Source: Antechinus flavipes | Taxonomy: Eukaryota | Length of the DNA stretch: 64,000 bases | NCBI RefSeq assembly: GCF_016432865.1 | Contig: NC_067400.1 | Span: forward strand, 632,834,001-632,898,000 | Direction of reading: 5' to 3' | Shown here: piece by piece, positions 48,601 to 64,000 of the stretch | How the letters are laid out: the number at the start of each line of letters is the position of its first letter | Numbering within the stretch: position 1 is the first letter of the stretch | Position numbers and translations under genes: made by a program | Notes under the pieces: model-generated | The model's input: only the letters and a program-made list of their open reading frames with translations | What the model was told of the DNA's origin: nothing | The model's database searches: none

Positions 48601-51600
48601 GGGAAACAGCTGGTAGGGAAGCTACTAGGGAGCACAAGTGAAGCAGGCTGGTCCCTGGCCTCCTCCCCCTGAGCCCCTGCTTGGCCCAACAGCGTTCACA
48701 AAGAAGCTGGACCCGGCTTACCAGGTGGACAAGGGGAACAAGATCAAGCTGGTGGTGGAGATCAGTGACCCCGATCTGCCCCTCAAGTGGTACAAGAATG
48801 GCCAGGAGATCAAGCCCAGCAGCAAGTGGGTATAGGGGGCACGGAGGGGGTCCTGGCTGGGAGGCCCCGACCACAGGGAAGGGCAGAGTTGACAGAGGGC
48901 TGATAGCAGAGGACCTAGCAGGACCTCTCACCTGGGAGGCGGGGAGGGGTCCCCAGGCGGTGGGGCTCTCGTCCCACGGGATGGCCTTTGTGCTTCGGAG
49001 GCGGGGCCTGGCCCAGGGGCGGAGCTTGGGGATCTGGAGGCGGGGCCTGGGTCCGCGGGGCGGGGCCTGGTGCTCTGGAGGCGGGGCCTGAGTCCGCGAG
49101 GGCGGGGCTGGGGCTCTGGAGGCGGGGCCTGGCCCAGGGGCGGGGCTGGGGGATCTGGAGGCGGGGCCTGGCCCAGGGGCGGGGTTTGGTGCTCTAGAGG
49201 CGGGGCCTGGGTCCGCGCGGGCGGGGCTCGGCCACAGGGCCGGCCCTCAGCCTCCTGGCTGCGGGACCAGGTACGTGTTTGAGAACGTGGGCAAGAAGAG
49301 GATCCTGACCATCAACAAGTGCACGCTGGCCGACGACGCCGCCTACGAAGTGGCCGTCAAGGATGAGAAGTGTTTCACGGAGCTTTTCGTCAAAGGTGGG
49401 AGCCTGTGGCAGGCTGGGGGGGGCGCTGAGGGGCTCCAGGAGCCCCCCCCAACTCCCCCCACCGACTGTCCCTCCAGAGCCCCCCGTCCTCATTGTCACC
49501 CCCCTGGAGGATCAGCAGGTGTTTGTGGGCGACCGCGTGGAGATGATGGTGGAAGTGTCGGAGGAGGGAGCCCAGCTCATGTGGCAAGTGTCCCCAGCCC
49601 TGGCCCCGGGCTCCTGACCGCTCTGCCCCTGCCCTGCGCGCCCACGGGACCTCCCACTTTACCCCCTCCGTCCCGCGGGCCCCGACAGCCTCCCCGGGAG
49701 CCCCCAGCCGTGCCCTGGCCCTGAGCCCCCGCCCCCTCCCAGGATGAAGGACGACGTGGAGATGACCCGGGAGGACTCCTACAAGGCCCGCTACCGCTTC
49801 AAGAAAGACGGCAAGAAGCACCTGCTGATCTTCACCGAGGTCACCCAAGAGGACAGGGGCCGCTACAAGGTCATGACCAATGGTGGCCAGTGTGAGGCGG
49901 AGCTTATCGTGGAGGGTAAGGGCAGGGCCAGCGAGTGAGGGGCGACCCGAGGGAGCCAGAGGAGCAGCCACCGTCACAGGGTCCTCAAAGGGGCCCAGGG
50001 GGCCGGGGTTCGGAAGTCCTCTCTAGTCCGCGGAGTTAACCTCGCCCATTTATGAAGCGCCCACTGCATACGGGCCTATGCGCTCACTACTGGAGCAGAC
50101 AGACATTTCATAGACCAGTAGGAGGATTCTGTTTTAGGCCATGCACATTTATGAAGCACCTGCTGTGTATATGGCCCTGTGCTCGCTTGTGAGGGAGTCA
50201 GACTTTCCCTTATGAGATCTCTGCTCCCAAGGAGTGCGTCCTTTAGAAGCAGCCTTCCACTGAATTCAGGAAGCATTTATTAAGCACCCACGGTGTGCCG
50301 ATCCCAGGGCGGATGGAGCCGGGCCCTCTGGGGCTCTGGAGCCCGACGCCCGCCCTCCCTCCCTGCAGAGAAGCAGCTGGAGGTCCTCCAGGACATCGCG
50401 GACCTGACGGTGAAGGCTTCGGACCAGGCCGTGTTCAAGTGTGAGGTTTCTGACGAGAAGGTGACGGGCAAGTGGTACAAGAACGGCGTGGAAGTGCGGC
50501 CCAGCAAGAGGATCACCATCAGCCACAAGGGCCGGTGAGGGGCGGGGCCCCCGGCAGGGGCAGGCTGATCGCCCCGATGCGGGTGCCTGGCAGGACCGGG
50601 ACCCGGGGCTCTCCTCTGAGACTTCCGAGGCGCTGGGCCGGGCAGGGAGGGCTTCCCGGAGGAGGAGCAGGGGCAGAAACAGAAATGTAAAAATGGTGGC
50701 CTGGGGGGCGGGGGCGGGGCAGGTGAAGGCCACTGACTCACCTGGCTCCCCCGCCCACTCCGGGCAGACCGCCCTCCACCCCCCTCCCCGCTGGCACAGC
50801 GCCAGGTTACTTGCAAATCTCTTCATTTGCCTAAACCCGCGGAATAATCCCTCCCCCACCCCCCCATGTAAGGGAGCCGGAACCTGTGGTCAGCCACGTG
50901 GTCTGTCCTGTGGTCCGTCTGACCCCGGGCTCAGAATGGAGGGGGGGAGTGGTGGGGGTGGGGGGGCGGGACCGCAGAGGGAGCACTCCCCCGCCTCTCC
51001 GCTGGGTCCCCCTCTCCCCCTCCCCAGCCTCAGTTTCGTTACCTGTCATATGGGACGGGACACTTCGAGCCCCTGTTCCTGGAATCCACGATCCCACGTC
51101 CCCCCTCCAGGATCCACAAGCTGGTCATCGATGACGTCCGGCCCGAGGACGAGGGGGATTACACGTTTGTGCCCGATGGCTTTGCCCTGACCTTGTCGGC
51201 CAAGCTCAACTTCCTGGGTGAGGCTGACCCCCACCCCCGCCCCCATCCCTCAGTCACTGTCCGGCTCTGTTGCCGAGCCTCAGTTTCTTGTTCTGTCAAG
51301 TGGAAGGGGGAAGGACTGGGATGGAATTCCCCGATTTAGAGTCTGTTGCCTGGTATACAGCAGGGGCTTCATAAATGCTCCTCATTAGAGAGGAGTGAGA
51401 AAGGGCTGCCCACAGCGCTGGGAAAACTTTTAAAGAGGGTTGGGGGGGGAGAATTGTCCTGCCAAAAGTTGGCACAGAGGAGAGCAGCAGGGGCCATGGA
51501 CAGCGCCCTCCCCCCAGAAGCCTGCGGCCTTCCCGGGCACAGGTGCGAGTCATGGTGCAGCTCTCCCCTGCGCCCGGCTGTCAGGGACTCCTGAGGACAG

Positions 51601-54600
51601 GGGATGCGTTTGGGGGGGGGGGGCAGACTGCTGAGCCCTGGGGCGAGGCACTGAGCCCCGCAAGGGTGCGCTCTGGGTTTTCCTCACCGTGCCCCCCACA
51701 CACCCTGCCGGAAGGAGAGTGATGGGACTTGGGAATTGAAGAGCGTCCCTGGAAGGTGGGATGGGGACTCCCCCCCTAAGCAGGCAAGTCAGCATGCGCG
51801 AGTGAACACCTCCTGTGTGCCGGCACTCTGCCGAGGTCGGGGACGCGTATTGGCCGAGACTTTAAATCGAAAAGGGGCGAGAGAGAACCCCCAGCGGCTC
51901 CCCAGGGGCCTGGGCATGTTCCCCGATGTGTTCTGCTAACTTTTCAATGCAGGCGATTTCCTCCGTGATCGTGTGTATAATTATTTAATGGGGTTCCCAG
52001 AAGGGTGTCCCCACCCCGCCCACTTGATAGCTTCATGGGGGGCTGACAAAACGATGGTCCGAGACTAGGTTTTCCAGGGACCGGGCACCTGCCCCGGCCC
52101 TTCATGGCTTCCCGAGAAGCCGGGCGGAGGCCCCGGGCCGACGGCCGGGCGTCCCAGAGCTCCAGGAACCCCGGTTCCCCTTCTTCTTCCTGCCCGGCTT
52201 CTATCTTCCTTCTCCACTCTGGGAGGCCCCCAGAGAAAGCTCTGTTTCTGATAGCTTCCTCTCCTTCTCTCGCTCCCAGAGATCAAGATCGATTACGTGC
52301 CCAAACAAGGTTAGTGGTGCCGATGGGGGGCGGGCCCCAGAAGGGAAGGAGGCTCACGGGTCAGAGGCCTGGGGTTCCCATGATGGGGGGCTGGGGAGTC
52401 CCTTCATTTCCTGGGGCCCCAAGAGCAATAAGGGCTGGGAGTCCGCTCAGCTCCAGGGGGAGCAGTGACAGCAGCCCCTGAGGGGGCTCGGGCCCACATC
52501 CCCTCCCCCGGCCTCAGGGAGGCTGCCTTGGGCTTTCTGGGTGTGGGGGACCTAACTCTGTCTCCCTCTCCCAGAGCCCCCCAAGATCCACTTGGACTGC
52601 TCGGGAAACATGTCGGAAAACATCATCGTGGTGGTGGCCGGGAACAAGCTGCGGCTGGACGTGGCCATCTCGGGGGAGCCCCCTCCCACAGTCACCTGGC
52701 TGAAGGGGGACCAGGTGGGGGCCGCTCCCTCCCTGCTCCACCTCACTTGCTTTGGAAGGGGGTGCCAAGAACTTTGCTCACCTTGGGCCTATTTAAAAAA
52801 AGGAGGGGAGGGGGGAAGAGTGGGGGGTGGACTCTGGGGAAGCTCTGATCTCCTGCCCCTCCCTCCCCCTGGCTGCTGGCCCCGCAGCGGCAGGGAGGGG
52901 GACCCGGAAGCTGGGACCGGGGGGGTCTCCCCTTAAGGCCAGGGTGGACGATTCCGGGCAGCCGGACGGAGGACAGTCGGGGCGGCCGCGCTCAGAGCGA
53001 GGCTCCCGTCCCCTCCCCCAGGTGTTCTCCGACACCGAGGGCCGCGTGCACCTGGAGCAGAGGCCGGACAACAGCAGCTTTGTGATCGAGGGGGCCGAGC
53101 GGGCCGACGAGGCCCGGTACACCATCAAGGTCACCAACCCCGCGGGCGAGGACACGGCCTCCCTCTTCGTCAAGGTCGTGGGTGAGTGGCCCGGGACGGG
53201 GCTGGGGAGGGGTCTCTGGGCTCCCTAGGACTGACCCTCTTCCCCTCCCCAGACGTGCCAGACCCTCCCGAGGCCGTGCGGATCACGTCAGTGGGGGAGG
53301 ACTGGGCCATCTTGGTCTGGGAGCCCCCCAAGTATGATGGCGGCCAGCCTGTGACCGGTGAGTTACCCAAGAATCCCTCCTTGGGGTTCAGGCACAAACC
53401 CTCACCCAGCTCCTTGGTCCCGTCCGATGTCCTGGAGACCCCTGGGCTGATTTCTGCTCCCTCTGTGGCCCCCACTCCCGACAGGCGGCCCCCCGCCTGG
53501 TCCTTGGGGCCCAACTTCTGCTCCCTCTGTGGCCCCCACTCCTGGGGGGCGGCCCCCCCCGTCCTTGGGCCCCCTCTCCCACTGTGGCTCCCCCTCCACG
53601 CCCCCTGCCCAGCCCCGTGCTCTCTGCTCCTCGGCTTCGGCCACAGGCTACCTCATAGAGAGGAAGAAGAAGGGCTCGCAGCGCTGGATGAAACTCAATT
53701 TTGAGGTCTTCACGGAGACCACGTACGAGTCGACCAAGATGATCGAGGGCGTGCTCTACGAGATGCGCGTCTTCGCCGTCAACGCCATCGGCGTCTCCCA
53801 GCCCAGCGTGAACAGCAAGCCCTTCATGCCCATCGGTAAGGGGCCGGCCCGGCCTCGGTCTCCCCGTTTGCACTCGGGGAGCCCCTCCCCGGTGACCCCC
53901 CTCTCCGCTCCCCGCAGCCCCCACCAGTGAGCCGCTGCACCTGACGGTGGAGGACGTCACCGACACCACGACCACCCTCAAGTGGCGCCCCCCGGACAGG
54001 ATCGGGGCCGGCGGCATCGACGGCTACATCGTGGAGTACTGCTTGGAGGGCTGTGAGTGACCCCGCCCCGGCCTCAGCCACCACCTCCCGGGGTCCGGCC
54101 GGGGCCTGAAACCCACTTCTCTCTCCCACAGCCGAAGACTGGGTGGCCGCCAACACAGAACCCGTGGAGCGTTGTGGCTTCACGGTCAAGGACTTGCCCA
54201 CGGGGGCCAGGATCCTCTTCCGCGTGGTCGGGGTCAACATCGCCGGCCGCAGCGAACCGGCCACCCTCGTCCAGCCCGTCACCATCCGGGAGATCGTGCG
54301 TGAGTGAGCCCTGACCTCTCCCCAGCAGAGAGCAGCCACGCCGAGGCGGGGGGGGTCAAGAAGGGGGATCCAGAGTGGGGATCCAGAGGGGTCATCCAGA
54401 GGTGGGACCTAGAGGTGGGATCCAGAGGGAGGATCCAAAAGAGTCATCCAAGAGGTGGGATCCAGAGGGGAGATCTAGAGGGGGGATCCAGAGGGGTCAT
54501 CCCAAGGTGGGATCCCGAGGAGTCATCCAAGAGGTGGGATCCAGAAGGGTCATCCAGAGATGGGATCAAGAGGGGAGATCCAGAGGTAAGATCCAGAAGG

Positions 54601-57600
54601 GGGATCCAGAGGGGTCATCAAGAGGTGGGACCCAGAGGGGGATCCAGAGGAGTCATCCAAGACATGGGATCCAGAGGGATCATCCAGAGGTGGGATCCAG
54701 AGAAGTCATCCCCAAGGGGGGATCCAGAAGGGGGATCCAGAGGGGTCATCAAGAGGTGGGATCCAGAGGGGGATCCAGAGGAGTCATCCAGAGGTAGGAT
54801 TCAGAGAGGTCATCCAGAGGTGGGACCCAGAGGGATCATCCAGAGGTGGGACCCAGAGGAGTCATCCAAGAGATGGGATCCAGATGGGTCATCCAGAGGG
54901 GGGATCCAGAGGGGAGATCTAGAGGGGGGATCCAGAGGAGTCAAACAAGAGGTGGGATTCAGAAGGGTCATCCAGAGGGGGATCCAGAGGAGTCATCCAG
55001 AGGTGGGATTCAGAGAGGTCATCCAGAGGTGGGACCCAGAGGGATCATCCAGAGGTGGGACCCAGAGGAGTCATCCAGAGGTGGGATCCAGAGTAGTCAT
55101 CCAAGAGGTGGGATCCAGAGGGGAGATCTAGAGGGGGGATCCAGAGGAGTCATCCAAGAGGTGGGATTCAGAAGGGTCATCCAGAGGTGGGATCCAGCGT
55201 AGTCATCCAGAGGGGAGATCTAGAGGGGGGATCCAAGGAGTCATCCAAGAGGTGGGATTCAGAAGGGTCATCCAGAGGGGGGATCCAGAGGGGTCATTGA
55301 GAGGTGGGATCAAGAGGGGGGATCCCGAGGAGTCATCCAAGAGGTGGGATCCAGAAGGGTCATCCAGAAGGGGGATCCAGAGGGGGATCCAGAAGGGGGA
55401 TCTAGAGGAGTCATTCAAGAGGTGGGTTCCAGAGGGGTCATCCAAGAGGTGGGATCCAGAATAGTCATCCAAGAGGTGGGATCCAGAGGGGTCATCCAAA
55501 GGGGGGATCCAGAAGGGGGATCCAGAGGAGTCATCCAAGAGGTGGGTTCCAGAGGGGTCATCCAAGAGGTGGGATCCAAGAGGTGGGATCCAGAGGGGTC
55601 ATCCAGAGGTGGGACCCAGAGGTGGGATCCAGAAGGGTCATCCAGAGGGAGGATCCAAAAGAGTCAACCAAGAGGTGGGATCCAGAGGGGAGATCTAGAG
55701 GGGGGATCCAGAGGGGTCATCCCAAGGTGGGATCCCGAGGAGTCATCCAGAGGTGGGATCAAGAGGGGAGATCCAGAGGTGGGATCCAGAAGGGGGATCC
55801 AGAGGGGTCATCCAGAGGTGGGATCCAGAGGGGGATCCAGAGGAGTCATCCAGAGGTGGGATTCAGAGAGGTCATCCAGAGGTGGGACCCAGAGGGATCA
55901 TCCAGAGGTGGGACCCAGAGGAGTCATCCAAGAGATGGGATCCAGAGGGGTCATCCAGAGGTGGGATCCAGAGTAGTCATCCAAGAGGTGGGATCCAGAG
56001 GGGGGATCCAGAAGGGGGATCCAGAGGAGTCATCCAAGAGGTGGGTTCCAGAGGGGTCATCCAAGAGGTGGGATCCAAGAGGTGGGATCCAGAGGGGTCA
56101 TCCAAGAGGTGAGATCCAGAGGGGTCATCCAAGGGGGGATCCAGAAGGGGGATCTAGAGGAATCACCCCAAAGTGGGATCCAGAAGGATGGAATCCAGAG
56201 GGGGGATCTAGAAGGGGAATTCAGAAGGGGGATCCAGAGGAGTCATCCAAGAAGTGGATTCCAGAGGGGTCATCCAGAGGTGGGACCCAGAGGCATCATC
56301 CAAGAGGTGGGATCCAAGAGGTGGGATCCAGAGGGGGGATCCAGAAGGGGGATCTAGAAGGGGGATTCAGAAGGGGGGATCCAGAGGAGTCATCCAAGAG
56401 GTGGGATCCAGAGGGGGGATCCAAGGGGGTGGATCCAGAGGAGTCATGCAAGAGGTGAGTTCCAGAGGGGTCATCCAGAGGTGGGATCCAGAGGGGTCAA
56501 CCAAGAGGTGGGATCCAGAGGGGTCATCCAGAGGGGGGATCCAGAAGGGGGGATTCAGAGGAGTCATCCAAGAAGTGGGATCCAGAGTGGGGATCCAGAG
56601 GAGTCATACAAGAGAGGGGATCCAGAGGCATGGGATCCAGAGGGTTCACCCAGAGGTGGGATCCAGAGTGGTCATCCAAGAGGTAGAATCCTGAGGGAGC
56701 ATCCAAAGGGATCATCCAAGAGGGGGGATCCAGAGTGGTCATCCAAGAGATAGAATCCTGAGGGAGCATCCAAAGGGATCATCCAAGAGGGGGGATCCAG
56801 AGGTGAGATCCTGAGGAGTGAAATCCAGAGGGGCCAGAGGTAAGATCCAGAGGGGTCCATGCAGCCTCTCAGGGTTCCTTGACTGGTCTCCTTGAAGAGG
56901 GGACCCTCATCCTCACTAAGTCTGGTCTTGCCTACTTTGGTCTAAGACCAGGATGATGGCGGTTGCCTCTGGATGACCACTGATTTCTTGTGGTCCCCTC
57001 TGGATGACCTCTGACTTCTCATAGTAGCCCCCGACGACCGCCGACTTCTTGTGGTAGCCTGTCAGCAGACGCGACTGACTGGTTGGTTTGACCTCCCGCT
57101 GATAATGGCCACCATGAGCCAAAGCCAACCTCCTGAACCTCCACTGACCTCAGACTAGAGTCCCCACTTTCCATGAGTGAGCCCCCCTTCTTGGGACTCT
57201 GAACTCTGACCCCCTTCCCATCTCTCTTCTCTCGCCCCCAGAACAGCCCAAGATCCGGCTTCCGAGGCACCTCCGGCAAACGTACATTCGCAGGGTGGGC
57301 GAGCAGCTCAACCTGGTCATTCCTTTCCAGGTATGAAGCTCTCTGGAGGGGAAAGGGGGGGACAGAAGCCAGAGCGTCCCCTCACCTCTCCCTTCGTCCC
57401 CAGGGGAAGCCACGGCCCCAGGTCACCTGGACAAAGGGTGGGGCGCCCCTGGACACATCCCGTGTCAACATCCGGACGAGCGACTTCGACACCGTGTTCT
57501 TCGTGCGCCAGGCAGCTCGTACAGACTCGGGGGAGTATGAACTTAGTGTGCAGATAGAGAACATGAAAGACACGGCCATTATCCGGATCCGAGTTGTGGG

Positions 57601-60256
57601 TGCGAGACACGCGGAGGGGCCGGGGAGGGAGGAGCCGAGCTGGGGAGGCGGCCACAGAGAGGAAGCCTCATGATGGGGGGAGGGATGAGCTAGCTCAGCA
57701 TGGAGGGCAGGAGGTGAGAATGAGAGGAAGATGAGGAAGATGGAAGACCACCAGAGCTGGAGGTGGGGGAAGCAGAGGCTTCCTGAGGAGGGGGGAGCCG
57801 CGTCTGAGCCCCTGGCCCTCTCCAGAGAAGGCCGGGCCGGCAGAGAACGTGATGGTGAAAGAGGTGTGGGGCACTAACGCCCTGGTGGAGTGGCAGCCGC
57901 CCAAGGACAACGGCAACAGTGAGGTCACCGGCTACTTCATCCAGAAGGCCGACAAGAAGACCATGGTGAGGGAGGGCCGGGGCCGGAGGCTGGACCCGAG
58001 GTGGGAGGCTGGCCGGAGCCCGGCCTCTCCCCAAGTCCCTCTCTCTCCCTGCAACTCCCTAGTCCCCTCCTCCTGGCCACTCCCCAGCCCTCCCCTCTCC
58101 TCGCCCTTCCCCCCTTATTGCCACTCCCTAGCCCCCCTCTCCTGGCCACTCCCTAGCCTCCCCACCTCTCCTGGTCACTCCTCAGCCCCTCCCCTTCCAG
58201 GCCCCTCCCAGTCTCCTGGCCACTCCCTAGTCCCCCCCCTCCCCCTTCTTGCCCCTCCCTAGCCCCCTCCCCAATCCTCCCGCCTCCCCCCAGGAGTGGT
58301 TCACGGTTTACGAGCACAGCCGGCCCACCAGGTGCACAGTCTCGGACCTCATCATCGGGAACGAATACTACTTCCGCGTGTTCAGTGAGAACATCTGCGG
58401 GCTCAGTGACTCCCCGGGGATGTCCAAGAACACGGCCAAGATCCTCAAAACAGGTGGCGCGCCCTGGGCCAGCCCCGCGGGGGGCTCCGAGGGGTGGGGA
58501 GGGCTTGGGAGGTCCCCGCGGGCTCACCCCACTTCCCCCCTCCCCCCTCAGGGGGAGCTCCTGGCTGGAGGTGCCATGGCCCCATGGGGCCCAGAGAGGG
58601 GGCTCCCTGTCCATGGCCCCGCGGGTGATGAGCTTCCCCAGGGGGTCTGCCCCCGAGCTTTCTGGGCCAGCGCTACTTGTCCCTCCCGTGTACCAGGGGG
58701 GCTTGGGAGCAGACGGAGCCTTTATTCGGCCTTTGCAGCTGGGGGGGGAGCAGGCCCGTTCCAGCTGTCTCTCAGCCCAGCCCGGCTGGGCGTGGGGGAA
58801 GGGGGGCAGGAAGGGCCAGGGGCTGACCCGCCATCCCATCCTCCCTAGGGATCACCTTGAAACCTCTGGAGTTTCAGGAGCACGACTTCCGTTCGGCCCC
58901 CAAGTTCTTGACCCCGCTGCTGGACCGGGTGGTGGTGGCGGGGTACACGGCTGCCCTCTACTGTGCTGTGCGGGGGTTCCCAAAGGTGGGCAGAGGCCCC
59001 GGGACCGGGGAGGAGCTGGAGCGGGGGAGGGGAGGGTTCCGCCCAAGGAATCCGGGAGCCAGGGCCGAAGGCTTGCTGAGCTACTTACTGCCAGGGCCCA
59101 GTCCCCCACCCCTGCTCGGGGCCTCAGTTTCCCCCATTTACGAGGGGGGGTACGAGCTTCCAGGCCACGGCCAGCTCCCGCTCCAGCGGTCCGTGGCCGC
59201 GCTCCCTCTCGCCGCAGCCGAAGGTGGTCTGGATGAAGAACAAAATGGAGATTCATGAAGACCCCAAGTTCATCATGACCAACCAGCAGGGCATCCTGAC
59301 CCTCAGCATCCGGCGGCCAAGCCCCTTCGACGGGGGCACCTACTCCTGCCGGGCGGTCAACGAGCTGGGCGAGGCTCTGGCCGAGTGCAAGCTGGAGGTC
59401 CGAGGTGAGGGGGGGGGGCTGGGGGCGGCCAGAGGGCCCGGAGGCCGGGGGTCTGCGCTCCCATCCCGGCCCTGACCACCAGCAGCAGCGCCTTTAGCCC
59501 CTCTAGACCTGTCGCGTCCTCCTAAGGAGGGACGGCCGGGCCGGATGACCGCCTTGGAGGCTTTCCCTCCTTTTTGAAAGGCAGCTGGGGGGCACGATGG
59601 GGCCTGGAGCACTTAAGTGAGCCTGGGCGCAGCACTTAACCATGACCTCATCTGTAAAAGAGATGAGTAGCATCCATGACGCGGGCATCTAATGAGATGG
59701 CTGCAGACTGCTTGGAGGCAGAGCTGCAGGCCACGCGGCAGCCACCACGCGTGGCCCACAGGGCTGCGAGGACCTCGGCACGGGGAGCTCTGGGGGCTTC
59801 TCTGCCACAAGCGCTCTCCGCAGACTTGGGGCGCCTGGCTATAAGCCAGATGTCCTCTCTCTGCCTTGGACTAAATGGCCTCAAAGGTCTCTGCTTGACA
59901 CCGGAAAGAGCACCTTCGGGCCAGTCCCGGGACAGACAGACACGGGGAGGGAGCCTAGCCAGGAACCCACCGGGCCGAGGCGGGCAGCTGAAACCATCCC
60001 CCCGAGACAGGCGGCTCGGCCCGGGGCCACACCGGTGGCATCTGGGAGGGAGCTGCCCTATTTATAAGTGAGGAAACCACAATCCCGGTCCTCTGCCACC
60101 AATCCGTGGCATCCCACCCTCAGAGGAGGGACGATAAATCTGCGGCTGAAGGGACCTGGCCATTCCTCTCGGTCTGGGACTCAGTTTCAACATCTGGAAA
60201 ATGGAGATGCTATGCTCACACCATTTCCCTTCCTCTCCTCTCCAGTGCCGCAGTAA
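42648..60256 (+). CDS. MYBPC2: Myosin-binding protein C, fast skeletal type, 1145 aa
   Basis: 28 exons: 42648-42666, 43558-43656, 46201-46290, 46551-46699, 47389-47506, 47623-47674, 47998-48057, 48330-48523, 48693-48825, 49271-49395, 49478-49583, 49743-49915, 50369-50534, 51111-51217, 52280-52309, 52575-52714, 53022-53181, 53253-53357, 53647-53835, 53918-54052, 54132-54299, 57242-57330, 57404-57599, 57826-57965, 58294-58453, 58849-58985, 59218-59404, 60246-60256 (3438 nt). Pro/Ala linker, Ig and FN3 domains, M-domain [12 protein letters not shown], ends KLEVRVPQ. Confidence 0.97.
44830..44925 (+). mobile_element. CR1/L3 LINE 3' fragment
   Basis: TTCCTCACAATTAGAG...GTAGTGAGCTCCCCATCACCAGAGGGTCTTCAA resembles the mammalian L3/CR1 3' end. 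Confidence 0.5.
45035..45550 (+). repeat. 44-bp near-perfect minisatellite, 11.7 copies, in MYBPC2 intron 2
   Basis: TTGTAGCGATTTTGTATCCATTTCCACACAGCAGAACCTACCCT at exact 44-bp spacing from 45035. Confidence 0.97.
45850..46035 (+). mobile_element. L2 3'-end relic
   Basis: TTTTTGCATCCCTGG...GACACATAGGAGGTGCTCAGTG. Confidence 0.5.
48995..49215 (+). repeat. GC-box-containing minisatellite in MYBPC2 intron 9
   Basis: GAGGCGGGGCCTGGCCCAGGGGCGG-type units repeated about 6 times. Confidence 0.8.
50045..50300 (-). mobile_element. Clustered L2 3'-end fragments
   Basis: Repeated CATTTATGAAGCGCCCACTG / CATTTATTAAGCACCCAC signatures. Confidence 0.5.
54355..56860 (+). repeat. 2.5-kb purine-rich satellite rich in GGATCC (GGGATCCAGAGGGGTCATCCAAGAGGT-type) in MYBPC2 intron 21
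   Basis: Continuous degenerate 13-27 bp units; the source of the spurious DPE/GSRG ORFs. Confidence 0.95.
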
Positions 60257-60424
60257 TCCTTCCTAAGGGCGGCCAATGCCTCTCTTACCCCGCCCGGCTT
60301 TGTTGAAAACCTGAAGAACCTGACTCTGGACCTTCCTTTCTGGGGACACCCGTCCCTTCTCTAATTTATTATCAAACATGAGACTTGAACGATGCTTGTG
60401 GTTCCTGTTGTCAGTGTTTGCTTA

Positions 60425-61060
60425 TGTGAATGGATGAAAGAATGAATGGAGGGAGGGAGGGAGGGAGGAAAAAAGGAGGAAAGAAAGAAGGATGGAGGAG
60501 GGAAGAAGGAAGGAAAGAAAAAAAGAAAGGAAGGAGAAAGAAATGAAGTAAAGAGAAAAGAGAGGAGGGAAAGGATGAGAGGACAGGAGGAAGATAGGAA
60601 GGAAAGGAAGAAGAGAGGGTGGAAGGAAGAAAAGGAGGGAGAGAGGAAGAAAAGGAGGGAGAGAGGAAGGAAGGAAGAAGGAAGAAAGTGAGGAAGAAAA
60701 GGAGGGAGAGAGGGAGGAAAGAGGGAAGGGAAGGGAAGAGAGAAGGGAGGGAAGGAAGAAAGGTGGCAGGAAGGAGGAAAGAAAGGAAGTAGGAAATTTT
60801 CAAAGGAAGGAANNNNNNNNNNNNNNNNNNNNNNNNNNNNNNNNNNNNNNNNNNNNNNNNNNNNNNNNNNNNNNNNNNNNNNNNNNNNNNNNNNNNNNNN
60901 NNNNNNNNNNNNNNNNNNNNNNNNNNNNNNNNNNNNNNNNNNNNNNNNNNNNNNNNNNNNNNNNNNNNNNNCGGAAAGAGAAGAGAGGGAGGGAAGAGAG
61001 AAAGGAGAGGGAGAAAGGAGGGAGGGAGAAGAAATGGAGGGGGGACGGATGGAGGAGAGG
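60425..61060 (+). repeat. Low-complexity GA-rich tract containing an assembly gap
   Basis: GGAA/GAAA runs; N run at 60813-60971. Confidence 0.9.
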
Positions 61061-61440
61061 AGGATTCGGTGACTTCCAGGCCGGTGCTGCCGCCTCTCAC
61101 CCAGCCCTCAGGGTGGGCCCTCCGACCCCTCCTCCCCCAGGACGGGCGCCCCCACTCTGAAGGCTCAGCCCTTCGTTCTGACGTCCGGCGTCTTTATTAA
61201 TTTGTTATCCCGTTGGTCCCTGTCCAGGGAAGGTTCCTCTCTGACCCTTCCGTGTCCCGGGGAGGGGGGAGGGGGGCGGTATGTGCGTGTCCCCGGGCCG
61301 CTGGGGGGGAGGGGAAGATTGGAGTCTCCGGAGGTCGGGGAGCACTGGGGTGAAGGGCTCCGCGTGGGAGGCGGCAGTAACAGGCAGCAGCGTCTCACAG
61401 CTGGAGTGTCTGCAGAATTGGGGGAGGGGGCTCCTGGCCT

Positions 61441-64000
<2,560 letters not shown>

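Noticed and set aside
54304-56860. Repetitive DPE/GSRG-rich ORFs in MYBPC2 intron 21
   Set aside because: All frames of a satellite give similar peptides. MYBPC2 exons 21 and 22 join in frame without it, at the expected protein length.

Overview
Eukaryotic (vertebrate) genomic DNA, very GC/CpG-rich and dense in minisatellites, with two assembly gaps (36807-36940, 60813-60971). It is most probably from a marsupial: it carries MIR/L2/CR1 relics and a gene whose exons closely resemble the opossum DM43/DM64 proteins. It is partly syntenic with human 19q13.33. By hand-splicing at GT/AG boundaries I reconstruct six genes: a secreted four-Ig-domain A1BG/DM43/DM64-family gene (+, 3783-12132, 408 aa), ACP4 (-, 14139-17889, 422 aa), NR1H2/LXR-beta (+, 21817-24317, 453 aa), POLD1 (+, 26496-35410, 1108 aa), SPIB (+, 36530-39912, 254 aa) and MYBPC2 (+, 42648-60256, 1145 aa), plus the 3' part of GARIN5A/FAM71E1 (-, 61441-63340). 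Almost all long ORFs in the supplied track are artefacts of stop-poor repeats. The most interesting observations are the four-domain A1BG/DM43-like protein ending in a 3-codon terminal exon, the non-eutherian gene order, two orphan CpG-island promoters, a tandem duplication of POLD1 exons 22-23 (real or misassembled), a Tyr-to-Phe change in the POLD1 YxGA motif, and repeat-duplicated splice donors in SPIB and GARIN5A. Protein identifications come from my recollection of the family sequences; no database search was run.
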